From: a bacterium
GTDB taxonomy: Bacteria; Patescibacteriota; Minisyncoccia; UBA6257; JAGOQP01
Reading direction: 5' to 3'
Length of the DNA stretch: 44,189 nucleotides
Assembly (NCBI GenBank): GCA_021814445.1
Contig: JAKAIF010000003.1
Span: 1-44,189 of the forward strand
Part shown: positions 1 to 10,004 of the stretch, piece after piece
How the letters are laid out: each line of letters starts with the position of its first letter
Numbering within the stretch: position 1 is the first letter of the stretch
The notes under the pieces: model-generated
Told to the model about the DNA's origin: nothing
Database searches by the model: none
Seen by the model: only the letters and a program-made list of their open reading frames with translations
Position numbers and translations under genes: made by a program

Positions 1-4
1 ATCT

Positions 5-25
5 ACGATCGTCAAAAACTTTGGC
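5..25. repeat. Partial copy of the 44-bp palindromic repeat (right arm)
   Basis: ACGATCGTCAAAAACTTTGGC is identical to the centre and right arm of the copies at 14889-14932 and 30363-30404. Confidence 0.85.
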
Positions 26-48
26 CTTTTGGCCTTAATTTATTTTTA

Positions 49-1005
49 TTATTGTGTTTGTTTTTCTATATACGCACGAATAGCGCTGTACTTTTCAAAT
101 CCCTCGGTGGGAATAAGCACCGAAGAATATAGCGTTGAGGTTGGTCCTTGCACGGGAACAAATGAGGTGATGAATAACTTTGTCGTAAAATCAAGCACTA
201 CATTCTTTGTTTTAATACTGGATAATTTTCCCACCTCAGAAACATAGGGCATCATGCGCGAAATCCCAATATTCGCATGACTAAATAAATTACTATCAAT
301 AACAAATTTCTTCACCAGCGCGAGTCTATCTCCCGTTGACATCGCCTTTATCTTCTTGAGTACGCTATCAATGATCTCTTGTTGATTCCCCTCACGGAAA
401 AAATCTCCTTGGGGATTGTATCTATTACGCATCAACCACACGGCGTCTTCTCCATTCAGATGGTGCGGTCCCACATTCAATGTATATCCCGACACCCAAT
501 CAGTCGCGGGTTCTTTTAACGTGATATCAACTCCGCCTACTGCGTCCACCACCTCTTTTGCGATAGCGAGATCAATCACCACATACCCATCCATATCAAA
601 TCCTGTCATTTCGTGAGCTCGTTCTAATACCAAATCAATTTTGTTCTTTCGTAACGCTTCGTTAATTTTAAATTGTTCAGAATCACTGGCAATCCAAAGA
701 TCACGAGGAATAGAAACCAAAAATACTGTGCTTTGATCAGGATCAAAACGTACCACCATAAGAGAGTCGGTGAGAGTCCCTCCGTTATAGGCAACGCCGG
801 GTCGCCCTAACACTAAAAGCGTGATGGGTTGGGGGGAAAATATAGTATTAAAAAATCGTCCAATGCGTTGTAATCCTGTCTCCCCACTCCACGACGCATT
901 GCGCGGGGGAACCGAAAGGAGCCCAATAATAATTGCGCAGATAATTGCGGCAAGAGCAAACCATCCTAAATGTCTATTGGTAATTTTTGGATGTAAATCA
1001 CGCAT
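49..1005 (-). CDS. LCP (LytR-CpsA-Psr) family cell-wall glycopolymer transferase
   Basis: N-terminal TM helix; motifs TDSLMV, SIPRDLW, KIN, VVDAVGGVDI, LNGEDA..R.R, GDFFR..NQQ. Start placed at ATG 1005 (ORF track extends to 1026). Confidence 0.9.
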   Translation of the reverse strand: MRDLHPKITNRHLGWFALAAIICAIIIGLLSVPPRNASWSGETGLQRIGRFFNTIFSPQPITLLVLGRPGVAYNGGTLTDSLMVVRFDPDQSTVFLVSIPRDLWIASDSEQFKINEALRKNKIDLVLERAHEMTGFDMDGYVVIDLAIAKEVVDAVGGVDITLKEPATDWVSGYTLNVGPHHLNGEDAVWLMRNRYNPQGDFFREGNQQEIIDSVLKKIKAMSTGDRLALVKKFVIDSNLFSHANIGISRMMPYVSEVGKLSSIKTKNVVLDFTTKLFITSFVPVQGPTSTLYSSVLIPTEGFEKYSAIRAYIEKQTQ

Positions 1006-1819
1006 GTGCTGAAAAAATATTTTCAAATAAACTTGCCACTAAGATAGGACCCGTGCCTCCCGGAGTGGGTGTGTATAATCCTATATGATCTATAGAATCT
1101 TTTGTAACATCAAAATCTCCCACCAATTTTCCATCTGTTGTTTTACTATATCCAAAATCAATAACCCATGCGCCAGGCGCAGTATCCTTTCCTTGTATCA
1201 GAGCTCCCGCCCCTGTTCCCAATATAACCACATCACTGTTCTGTATTTCCTTTCTATTAAATCCCTTATCCAAGACTTTTACACATGGAACTTTTCCCAT
1301 AAACCATGTGCTGAGAGGACGTCCCACTAATACTCCTTGCCCAATAACCGCAACAGAAGAGATGGTTTGTATATCTTTCTGGTGTGTTTGAAAAATATGC
1401 TGTATTACCCGTACTACCGGAGGGACTATAGAATTTTTTTCCTGAAAAAACCCGCCTAAATTTCGTGCCCCTAAACAATCGATATCTTTTTGAGGAGGAA
1501 TAGTATTTGCAACATATGAAATAGAACAACCTATCGGGAGGGGAAGTTGTAGCACCACGCCTATACATCGTTTTGCCATAGCAATTTTTCGTACCCGTGC
1601 GCGCAATACATCATTCGTATCAATATCACGTACTTCGTATTTTCTCACTTCTATCCCTAACTCGCGAGCAACAGACTCTTTTTGTTTTACAAACGACTGC
1701 GCAATCATATCCGTTGAAGATACAAATATAGCAAGAAAACCCTTCGGGGTGGGTTTTTGTTTTAGATTTTCAATAATTGTATGGGCAATACCCTTGCCAT
1801 CAACAACAATGGGGTTCAT
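998..1819 (-). CDS. folD: Bifunctional methylene-THF dehydrogenase/cyclohydrolase
   Basis: DGK N-terminus, LQLPLP, KDID, VIGQGVLVGRP, VIDFG, GDFD, TPTPGGTGP. Confidence 0.93.
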   Translation of the reverse strand: MNPIVVDGKGIAHTIIENLKQKPTPKGFLAIFVSSTDMIAQSFVKQKESVARELGIEVRKYEVRDIDTNDVLRARVRKIAMAKRCIGVVLQLPLPIGCSISYVANTIPPQKDIDCLGARNLGGFFQEKNSIVPPVVRVIQHIFQTHQKDIQTISSVAVIGQGVLVGRPLSTWFMGKVPCVKVLDKGFNRKEIQNSDVVILGTGAGALIQGKDTAPGAWVIDFGYSKTTDGKLVGDFDVTKDSIDHIGLYTPTPGGTGPILVASLFENIFSAHA

Positions 1820-1839
1820 GAGTCAAAGTATATCACGCT

Positions 1840-3060
1840 TTATCGCGTAATAGGAAAAGTGTGTGTGAGTTTTTTAACTTCTTCTTTTATTTGGTTTGAT
1901 ATTTTTTTCTCCGCAAGAATAGTATGCACAATCCATGCAATACGTTTCATTTCTGGTGCTCCCATGCCTCGTTGTGTGACCGCATAGGTCCCAATACGTA
2001 TTGCAGATGGGCTTTGCACCGATATATCGCCCGCAATAGCATTTCTATTTGCTAAAATTTCCACTCGTTCAAGGAGGGATTCTGCCTCTCCCCCGTGCAT
2101 GCCAAACGGTCGCACATCAAGCAACAAAAGATGGCTTTCGGTTCCATCGCCCACCAGAGAACACCCTAATTTCTTAAATTCCTGCGCGAGAGTATAGGCA
2201 TTTTTTGCCACACGTATATAATATGCTTTTGATTTCTTTGCGAACTCCAATCCGACCGCAATACCGGCTATGGTATTTATGTGAGGACCTCCTTGCATAC
2301 CAGGAAATACAGACTTTTGTATTTTTTCTGAGAGTGCTACACGAGACCAGATAATTGCCCCCCGAGGACCAAAAAGTGATTTATGGGTTGTACTCATTAC
2401 CACATCTGCATACGGAAATGGAGAAGCGTACACGCCCGCAGAAATAAGCCCTGCATAATGAGAAATATCGGCAAGGTGATAGGCTCCCGCTTTTTTTGCA
2501 ATAGCTCCTATCTTTTTAAAATCAATCTGAAACGGATAAGCAGAGGCTCCGGAGATAATAAGTCTTGGTTTATATTTCTTCACTAAGGATTCAAGCTCTG
2601 TATAGTTAATACGATAATTTTTATCAATGCCATAATGATGCACGGTATAGAGTTTTCCAGTAACACTCACTCTTGAACCATGTGATAAATGCCCCCCAGA
2701 GGCAAGATCAAGCGCAACAATACTATCTCCAGGAGTTAAGAGTGCCGCGTATATTTCAGCATTTGCAATTGCTCCTGAATATGCTTGTACATTCACCCCC
2801 CATTCTTGTGCAGACAAATGAAATAATTGTAACGCCCGTTGTTGCGCGCATCGCTCAACCGCATCTATAATTTCGTTCCCTGGATAATACCGTTTCGTGG
2901 GGTACCCTTCACTATATTTATCGGTAAGCACAGAGCCAAGCGCATCTAATACCGCCTGAGGGGCGTACGATTCAGATGCAATCAAATCAATCTGTGTTTG
3001 CTGTATCGCTTTTTGGCGGTGTATCAGTTTTTGTATTTCTAAATCTTTTTGCTGTTTCAT
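1840..3060 (-). CDS. glyA: Serine hydroxymethyltransferase
   Basis: LIASES, DKYSEGYP..RYY, GGHLSHG, STTHKSLFGPRG (PLP lysine), FPGMQGGP. Confidence 0.98.
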   Translation of the reverse strand: MKQQKDLEIQKLIHRQKAIQQTQIDLIASESYAPQAVLDALGSVLTDKYSEGYPTKRYYPGNEIIDAVERCAQQRALQLFHLSAQEWGVNVQAYSGAIANAEIYAALLTPGDSIVALDLASGGHLSHGSRVSVTGKLYTVHHYGIDKNYRINYTELESLVKKYKPRLIISGASAYPFQIDFKKIGAIAKKAGAYHLADISHYAGLISAGVYASPFPYADVVMSTTHKSLFGPRGAIIWSRVALSEKIQKSVFPGMQGGPHINTIAGIAVGLEFAKKSKAYYIRVAKNAYTLAQEFKKLGCSLVGDGTESHLLLLDVRPFGMHGGEAESLLERVEILANRNAIAGDISVQSPSAIRIGTYAVTQRGMGAPEMKRIAWIVHTILAEKKISNQIKEEVKKLTHTFPITR

Positions 3061-3110
3061 AATAAGAATGAATCAATCCTACTCTTTCACACAAAAAACT
3101 CAAGAAAAAT

Positions 3111-3137
3111 AAAATGCCTCTTGGAAAAGGGCGTTTT
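3111..3137 (-). terminator. Probable intrinsic terminator after tatD
   Basis: AAAATGCCTC...GGGCGTTTT imperfect hairpin with A/T tracts. Confidence 0.45.
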
Positions 3138-3138
3138 A

Positions 3139-3924
3139 TTAAAAATCTAATTTAAAAACTCTCTTTGTATTCTCCAATAAAATTCCCCCCATTTCTTCTT
3201 CTGGTACGTTCTTAATTTTTGCAAGCCATTCCACAACTTCTGGAATATATGAGGGTTCATTTTGTTTACCTCTATATGATTTTGGCGCAACCCACGGTGC
3301 ATCAGTTTCAGCTAAAATCCTCTCAAGAGGAATAGACGTAAGAATTTCATCAAATGATCTATTAAATGTAACGAGCCCTCCAAAAGTAAATGAGAAACCA
3401 AGCTTGAGTAATGCACGCGCATCCTCAATAGTTCCAGTAAAGAAGTGGAGAATCCCCGCTTCGGGTAATAATATATCTTTATGTTTTTCTAATATCTCAA
3501 TCACATCCGGAAACGCTTCACGACAATGGATCACCAGTGGTTTTTTTAACTCATGTACCAAGCTTATATGTAATTCAAATAATTCTTTTTGTTTCCTTTT
3601 TGTTTCACTCCCGTTTTCTTTATCTAAATTGAAATAATCCAATCCACATTCTCCTATTCCTACCACTCGTTCATCGCGCGCAAGGTTTTTTAATAGATCT
3701 ATGTCTAATTTTTTTAACGCTTCATGGGGATGATATCCGACTGTTGCCCAAACTCCCTGCGTATACGCACGCGCAAGTTCCACGGCGCGTAGAGATGATA
3801 CTTCATCTGCTCCCGCGTTAATAATTCCTATTTCTTTATCAAGAGCCCGTTGAATAACCGCGCCTTGTTGCGCGGTCTCCATCATATTTACATGCGTATG
3901 AGCGTCAATAGTATGTATGTTCAT
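3139..3924 (-). CDS. tatD: TatD family deoxyribonuclease
   Basis: IDAHTH, GYHPH, IGECGLDY, VIHCREA, HFFTG, ETDAPW. Start at ATG 3924. Confidence 0.95.
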   Translation of the reverse strand: MNIHTIDAHTHVNMMETAQQGAVIQRALDKEIGIINAGADEVSSLRAVELARAYTQGVWATVGYHPHEALKKLDIDLLKNLARDERVVGIGECGLDYFNLDKENGSETKRKQKELFELHISLVHELKKPLVIHCREAFPDVIEILEKHKDILLPEAGILHFFTGTIEDARALLKLGFSFTFGGLVTFNRSFDEILTSIPLERILAETDAPWVAPKSYRGKQNEPSYIPEVVEWLAKIKNVPEEEMGGILLENTKRVFKLDF

Positions 3925-3928
3925 AAAA

Positions 3929-4062
3929 AATTTCCAATTTCTAATTTGCAATTTTCATTAAATTATTAATGTAAAATTTTATACCCCTAGACAAAAATGA
4001 TCCATTGCATACATTAGATCAATAGAAAATTAATAGAAATTAGAAATTAAGAATTAAAAATT
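3929..4062. repeat. Heptamer-repeat inverted element, copy 1
   Basis: Left arm AATTTCC-AATTTCT-AATTTGC-AATTTTC; right arm 4030-4062 is 33/33 identical to 11991-12023. Confidence 0.8.
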
Positions 4063-4063
4063 G

Positions 4064-5545
4064 CTATTCTGCAGCCTCTATTCTCGGGAATAACCTCTGC
4101 GCTTCTTTAATTCCAACATTCTTTCCCTTGAATGAAATATTTTTAGTTATCTTTTTTGAGGTCTCGGGCATAAATGGCTCAAGCAACACCCCCACACTAT
4201 TTACTAACATAAGTAAATTAAAAAGTGTCTTTTCGTTCTCTACAGAAGGATTCTCGGCAGACCATGGTTTTTTATCATTCACATAATAATCCGCAAACGA
4301 AATAAGAGACCAAAGTTCAGCGAGCGCGTCATTAAACCGAAACGCTTGCATATATTCATCTATAGATTTTTGAATTGCTTTTATTTTTTGTTCAACCACG
4401 AGGTCCATCATCTTGAAATCATTCCTGATGGGCTTATGAAATTTTAACGCTACCCCCGTTACCCGCGCGCATAGATTGCCCAACCCATTCGCCAAATCAG
4501 CATTGTGCCGCTCTATAAATCGCTCCTCGGTGTAGTCTCCGTCTTGCACAGAAGAGATTTCCCGCAAGAAATAGTATCGCACCGCATCGGTACCAAATTT
4601 TTCAACGAGCGTGCGGGGATGAATTACATTTCCTAAGGACTTAGACATCTTTTCTCCACTTGTGTTCACAAACCCATGTACAAATAATTTTTTGGGAAGG
4701 GGTAATTTTGCCGACAGTAACATCGCAGGCCAAATAGCTGCATGAAAACGTAGAATGTCTTTTCCAATCACCTGCACATCAGCGGGCCACCACTTCTTAA
4801 ACATTTCACTGTCTCTCCCATATCCAATAGCTGAAATATAGTTGATAAGCGCATCTGCCCATACATACATGGTTTGCGATGCATCTCCAGGAACAGGAAT
4901 CCCCCACGATAATTTTTCTGACGAGCGAGAGAAGCTGACATCATCAAGTCCTCTATCCATAAGCGCTAATATTTCTTTTGCGCGGGATTGTGGAATTATT
5001 TCCAATTCTCCAGAGCGAATCTTCTGTTTTAGAGTTTTTGTATATGCAGAGAGTCTAAAGAAATAATTTTCTTCTTCTACAAGTTCTGGTTCTCGTTGAT
5101 GAATGGGACACTTTCCTTCTACAAGATCCTTTTCAGTCATGAATAATTCACATCCTGTACAATAGAGCCCCCGATAGGTGCGCTTATATAAATCCCCGGC
5201 TTTGTCTAACTCTTTCCACATTTTAATAACTCCTGGCCAATGTTTCTTTCTATCCTCTGTGCGAATAAAATCATCCCATGATAAGTTGAGTTCCTTTTTG
5301 AGCCTCCGAAATGCCTTACTATTTGCTTCGGCAAATTTTTTAACGGCTATTCCATGCTGTTGAGCTGTTTTAAGAACCTTGATGCCATGTTCATCGGTTC
5401 CCGTAAGAAAAAAAACGCTCTTCCCCTGTAAGCGTGCATAGCGGGCAATAACATCCGCCTGTATCTTTTCCAACATGTGCCCAATGTGTGGCTCACCATT
5501 GGTGTAGTCAATTGCAGTCGTTACATAAAATTTTTCTTTCGGCAT
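4064..5545 (-). CDS. metG: Methionine--tRNA ligase (short form)
   Basis: YVTTAIDY, HIGH, TGTDEHG, YVWADALINY, GKDILRFH, KMSKS. Confidence 0.98.
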   Translation of the reverse strand: MPKEKFYVTTAIDYTNGEPHIGHMLEKIQADVIARYARLQGKSVFFLTGTDEHGIKVLKTAQQHGIAVKKFAEANSKAFRRLKKELNLSWDDFIRTEDRKKHWPGVIKMWKELDKAGDLYKRTYRGLYCTGCELFMTEKDLVEGKCPIHQREPELVEEENYFFRLSAYTKTLKQKIRSGELEIIPQSRAKEILALMDRGLDDVSFSRSSEKLSWGIPVPGDASQTMYVWADALINYISAIGYGRDSEMFKKWWPADVQVIGKDILRFHAAIWPAMLLSAKLPLPKKLFVHGFVNTSGEKMSKSLGNVIHPRTLVEKFGTDAVRYYFLREISSVQDGDYTEERFIERHNADLANGLGNLCARVTGVALKFHKPIRNDFKMMDLVVEQKIKAIQKSIDEYMQAFRFNDALAELWSLISFADYYVNDKKPWSAENPSVENEKTLFNLLMLVNSVGVLLEPFMPETSKKITKNISFKGKNVGIKEAQRLFPRIEAAE

Positions 5546-5574
5546 ACATTCAATACAATAGTCTTAAAATAATA

Positions 5575-6600
5575 TTACTCAACGCGTGATAGTTCTCTCC
5601 CATTTTTCTTTTTTTCGGACCAATCGTCCATAACCTCTTGAATAATGATGGCTACGGGGATCGCAATAACCGCCCCCACGAGTCCATCAATTTGAGATCC
5701 CGCTAAAATAGCGAGTACCACCATAACCGGATCAATCCCCACCACCCGTCCCACGATCAAGGGAACTAAAATATGATTTTCAATCTGATGGATAACAAAG
5801 AATAAGATAATCGCACCAACTGCAAGTGAGGCTGATTGAGGCACAATCATAATAAATGCCACAATTCCTGTTGCAATGGGTCCCGCATAAGGCACGATTT
5901 CTAGGAGTGCGGCGAAGATACCAATCACCAACGCATATTCCGTTCCCATAATAAGAAGTCCTGCAAACGTCATGGATCCCACAATAATACTTAAAATAAT
6001 TTGACTCGTAAGCCACTTCCCTAACTTGTGTTGTGTGCGTCTATATAAGTCAATGATGTATGTTTCCTTATCTAGTGGCACCATGTCGCGCACAAATCGT
6101 TCTATAGAACCCTTGCTAATGGAAAGATACAGCGAGAGAACAATTACCACAAATACTAAGACCGCATTCCCCGCAACAGCCCCTAATACATCTAAAATAT
6201 TAGACCCCCCATAAAAGAAGTTCCCAATCCAACCGCTAATATTCTGATCGAGGTTTGTAATCACCTGTGCTCCCCCAAGACTCTCTAGAAATGGAATGTG
6301 AATATCTGAGATATTCGTCATCACATATTTCATCTGAATCAACACAATAGGAACAATGGCATATAATATTAAACCAATTAACGCGACCGCGATGAGAAAA
6401 ATCATTAACACACTTAGGATGCGCGGGATGCGTTTTGATTCTAGATAATCAACAGGGCGGCGGAGCGCAGAAGAAATAATAAGCGCAATAAATGCCACTA
6501 CAAAAGTATCGCGCGCATAAAATGCGGCAATAAGTAGAACTCCCACCACAACGATTCTCCATAATGAAGCCCACGATAATTCAATGCGTCTGATTTCCAT
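5575..6600 (-). CDS. AI-2E family transporter (PerM-like)
   Basis: Multi-pass membrane protein with LEIVPYAGP, QIENHILVP, G.VGAVIAIP. Confidence 0.88.
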   Translation of the reverse strand: MEIRRIELSWASLWRIVVVGVLLIAAFYARDTFVVAFIALIISSALRRPVDYLESKRIPRILSVLMIFLIAVALIGLILYAIVPIVLIQMKYVMTNISDIHIPFLESLGGAQVITNLDQNISGWIGNFFYGGSNILDVLGAVAGNAVLVFVVIVLSLYLSISKGSIERFVRDMVPLDKETYIIDLYRRTQHKLGKWLTSQIILSIIVGSMTFAGLLIMGTEYALVIGIFAALLEIVPYAGPIATGIVAFIMIVPQSASLAVGAIILFFVIHQIENHILVPLIVGRVVGIDPVMVVLAILAGSQIDGLVGAVIAIPVAIIIQEVMDDWSEKKKNGRELSRVE

Positions 6601-6683
6601 AATTGTTTATATCATACTACAAAACAGAAAATAAAAAAGGGCGTCATATCTAGATGACTATAGTGATGACCACCGCCCCTACG

Positions 6684-7967
6684 CTATGCGCGTAGCATCT
6701 TTCTAAACCGAGACTCTTCTGTCTTTTTATAAGGACCCACAATAGAGAACCGCATGGTGTCCAATTTCAAAAATTCTTTTGCGACCGAATGGATGTCTTC
6801 AGTAGAAATTTGTTTCAACCTCTTGATAGTATCTTGTGGGGATTCTATCTTCCCCATGATTGTTTCTTGTTGCCCGTAATAAAATCCTAAATCACTTGAA
6901 GACTCTAGAGAAAGTAGAAACGTACCAATAGAATAGTCTTGCGCCCGACGCAATTCTTCTTTCGTGACTCCCTTGTCTACGATAGAACGCACTTCTTCAA
7001 TAATAGCCTTAATAACCTCTTGAGTTTTTCCATGATTGGTTCCTGCGTATATATCTATGAATCCATGCGTGGCATACATATTATTTGAACATCCAATATA
7101 ATACGCCGCCCCTAAATCTTCCCGCACTTTTTGAAAGAGGCGAGAGCTCATGCTCCCCCCTAATATTTTTGCAAGCATGGAAACCTGAAATCGTCTCTGA
7201 GAACTGAGGGGGATGCCATAAAATCCCATTGCGAAATGAGTTTGATCTAATTTTCGTTCAATAATAGAAATTTGTTTTCCTCGTTCTCTTATTTTAAGAG
7301 CAGGGGCCACAGGAGCACTCTTGTGGGAGCTCACCATAGAGCCAAATGCTTGCTGTACTATATGAGAAACCTTTCGTGCATCAAATGCGCCCGCTACAAC
7401 CACAATAGTATTGTGAGGCGTATAGCGCGCCTTCCGATATTGCACAAACATATTTCGTGTTGTCTGAGTGATGTGTTTTGGTGTTCCCGCAACACTCCAC
7501 CCCGCTGGCTGATCTCCATACAATCCAAGCTCAAGCGTCTCGGAAACCTTTGAGCGTGGATCGTCGTCATACATATGAATCTCCTCAATAATCACTCCTT
7601 TTTCTTTTTCCATTTCTTGCTCATCTATATGAGGGTGTAAATACAAATCAGACACCACATCAAACGCGCGTGAAAAATGTTGTGGGGCGGTTTTTGCATA
7701 ATATCCAGTTAAATCGCGAGAGGTAAATGCGTTGCTTGCCGCGCCAATCTTTTCTAACTCAATAGCAATATCAATGGGACGAGGATATTTTTCTGTTCCT
7801 TTAAAGCACATGTGTTCCAAAAAGTGGGAGATGCCACTATTTTTTTGTGTTTCATATGCCGATCCCGCGCGTACAAATACCGCCACAGCGACCGAGGGAC
7901 TTTCTGGCATGGGAACCATCAAGAGACGCAATCCATTTTTGAATTTTTTGAGTTTTGGTTTCATCAT
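6684..7967 (-). CDS. M16 (pitrilysin) family zinc peptidase
   Basis: GISHFLEHMCFKGT inverted zinc motif, NAFT, GGSMSSRLFQKVRE. Start at ATG 7967. Confidence 0.94.
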   Translation of the reverse strand: MMKPKLKKFKNGLRLLMVPMPESPSVAVAVFVRAGSAYETQKNSGISHFLEHMCFKGTEKYPRPIDIAIELEKIGAASNAFTSRDLTGYYAKTAPQHFSRAFDVVSDLYLHPHIDEQEMEKEKGVIIEEIHMYDDDPRSKVSETLELGLYGDQPAGWSVAGTPKHITQTTRNMFVQYRKARYTPHNTIVVVAGAFDARKVSHIVQQAFGSMVSSHKSAPVAPALKIRERGKQISIIERKLDQTHFAMGFYGIPLSSQRRFQVSMLAKILGGSMSSRLFQKVREDLGAAYYIGCSNNMYATHGFIDIYAGTNHGKTQEVIKAIIEEVRSIVDKGVTKEELRRAQDYSIGTFLLSLESSSDLGFYYGQQETIMGKIESPQDTIKRLKQISTEDIHSVAKEFLKLDTMRFSIVGPYKKTEESRFRKMLRA

Positions 7968-8054
7968 ATGCGCATTATTATGACACACAATGTGTAATAA
8001 AAAAATGTGCCCTTCATCATTGTATCTGACGATAGAGCACAAAACTTAGGAGGT

Positions 8055-8300
8055 CTAGGTAGAAACGCTCTGGCGAGGTTTATAAAATCGTATAACCCTT
8101 AGGTGTTCTTTTTTACTCATAACACCTGCGCACATGAGCTTACTGGTTGATTTCTTTACCTCTCTTAAAACCGGAGTTCTTGTTTTATTAATCATCTCAT
8201 CCATGAACTCCTCGCTTTTCCTGTGTTTTGAAAGATCTATAACAGGAAGAGCTTCTTGAGAGATATCTTCTACAATAAGAATAATAATTTTATTATCCAT
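8055..8300 (-). CDS. Hypothetical protein (81 aa)
   Basis: Fills the intergenic gap, co-oriented with neighbours; upstream TATAAT and purine-rich AAAGGGA before ATG; no family recognised. Confidence 0.55.
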   Translation of the reverse strand: MDNKIIILIVEDISQEALPVIDLSKHRKSEEFMDEMINKTRTPVLREVKKSTSKLMCAGVMSKKEHLRVIRFYKPRQSVST

Positions 8301-8404
8301 TATGATTCCCTTTCTTGTTTGCTAACCCTTTTATATCTCACTTTATTATAAAAAACAAGAGAGCTACACACTCCCCCGTTTTTATTCTTCATACACATTA
8401 TTTT

Positions 8405-9847
8405 CTACCGAGCCTTCATTTTCTCTTCCAAGAATGCGCGCGCGTGTGCAATAGCAATACGCTCTTGTTTCATGGTATCTCTATCGCGCACGGTTATGGT
8501 GTCATCTTCTAATGTCTGGAAATCTACGGTAAAACAATACGGGGTACCAATCTCATCTTGCCGACGATATCGTTTTCCAATATTACCACTCTTATCAAAT
8601 ACCACGGGGAAAAATCCGGGCCAGCTTCCTTGCAAAACTTTACGCACCTCCTGTGCTTTTTCTACAAGCTCTGGCTTGTTAGATAAAAGCGGAAACACTG
8701 CCGCCTTGTAGGGCGCCATACGCATAGGTAGATCAAGCCATATTCTTTTTTCCTGTTCACTCGCCTCGCTGGGTGTAGCCTCCAGCGGGTCTTCACGAAA
8801 GGCGCTCGCAAGTATTGCAAGCATCATGCGTTCCACCCCCATACTTGGCTCAATCACATGCGGCACCATACGCTCTTTCGTTTCTTCATCAAAATATTCC
8901 AATTTTTGTCCGCTCCCTTTTTGATGACTTTGTAAATCAAAATCTCCCCGATACGCGAGTCCAAATAATTCTTTTCTACCAAAAGGAAATTCAAATTCCA
9001 CATCAACCGTACGCTTGGAATAATGCGCAAGCTCCTCCTTGGGAACATCAAGGTTGTGCACTTTCTGCATATCAATACCAATAGAAGCCATCCAGCCATT
9101 CATCTCTTTGAGCCATATTTCAAAATGCTCATTCCATTTTTCGCTATCTTTTATAAAATATTCAATTTCCATTTGTTCAAACTCGCGCGTGCGGAAAATA
9201 AAATTACCCGGTGTGATTTCGTTACGAAACGCTTTTCCTATTTGCGCGATACCAAATGGCAATTTTGGCGCGTAGGTGTCCACAATCTGTTTAAAATCTA
9301 CAAATATTGCCTGCGCGGTCTCAGGACGAAAATAAACCATGTTCGCTTCTTCTTCTGCGGGACCCAAGAAAGTTTTCAGCATTAAGTTAAACTGTTTTGG
9401 CGAAGACCAATCAACAATATCACACGATGGACATTTAATTTTTTCATTCATTAACAATTCTTTCTGTGTCTCTGGGTCAGCTGGGAGTATAAGGGTGGCG
9501 ACCCCTCCTTTTTTGTTCAACTCTGCTTCTGCTAATAAAATATCCGCCCGGACTCGCGCGTGACAATTCTTACATTCCACCAATGGATCAGAAAAGGTAC
9601 TCTCATGTCCACTTGCTTGCCACACCTTACGATTCATTAAAAGCGCCGCATCAAGTCCATATATATCATCTCGTTCTTCTACAAATGTCTGCCACCAGGA
9701 ACGCTTGATATTATTTTTAAGCGCCACACCCAATGGACCAAAATCCCACGCATTTGCGAGTCCTCCATAAATTTCAGAACCAGGGAAAATAAACCCGCGA
9801 CGTTTACAGAGTGATATCAGCTGTTCCATTGAGACGTTTTGTTGCAT
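8405..9847 (-). CDS. glyQS: Glycine--tRNA ligase, homodimeric (alpha2) type
   Basis: LCKRRGFIFPGSEIYGG, RPETAQ, FRNEITPGNFIFRTREFEQME, IEPSMGVER, IGKRYRRQDEIGTP. Confidence 0.97.
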   Translation of the reverse strand: MQQNVSMEQLISLCKRRGFIFPGSEIYGGLANAWDFGPLGVALKNNIKRSWWQTFVEERDDIYGLDAALLMNRKVWQASGHESTFSDPLVECKNCHARVRADILLAEAELNKKGGVATLILPADPETQKELLMNEKIKCPSCDIVDWSSPKQFNLMLKTFLGPAEEEANMVYFRPETAQAIFVDFKQIVDTYAPKLPFGIAQIGKAFRNEITPGNFIFRTREFEQMEIEYFIKDSEKWNEHFEIWLKEMNGWMASIGIDMQKVHNLDVPKEELAHYSKRTVDVEFEFPFGRKELFGLAYRGDFDLQSHQKGSGQKLEYFDEETKERMVPHVIEPSMGVERMMLAILASAFREDPLEATPSEASEQEKRIWLDLPMRMAPYKAAVFPLLSNKPELVEKAQEVRKVLQGSWPGFFPVVFDKSGNIGKRYRRQDEIGTPYCFTVDFQTLEDDTITVRDRDTMKQERIAIAHARAFLEEKMKAR

Positions 9848-9875
9848 ATATGAAATAATACCGTAAAAGGTGAAT

Positions 9876-9951
9876 AAAAAAAAGCCGGGTAGTGAAAGTT
9901 CGCATATTTTATTTTTCTGTCACATGGTGACAGGCGAACTTCTACTACCCG
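9876..9951 (-). other. Extended structured RNA element or terminator upstream of glyQS
   Basis: Nested stems CGGGTAGT/ACTACCCG, AAGTTCGC/GCGAACTT, CTGTCAC/GTGACAG followed by a U-tract on the minus strand. Confidence 0.55.
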
Positions 9952-10004
9952 TAAGCCCCCTCGATTTATAAGTGGCCTCATGCTTGCATATAATTATAAT
10001 TCTT

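Noticed and set aside
9897-9925. AGTTCGCATA as a dif site
   Set aside because: Only a partial arm, part of an RNA-like stem, and near the origin rather than the terminus
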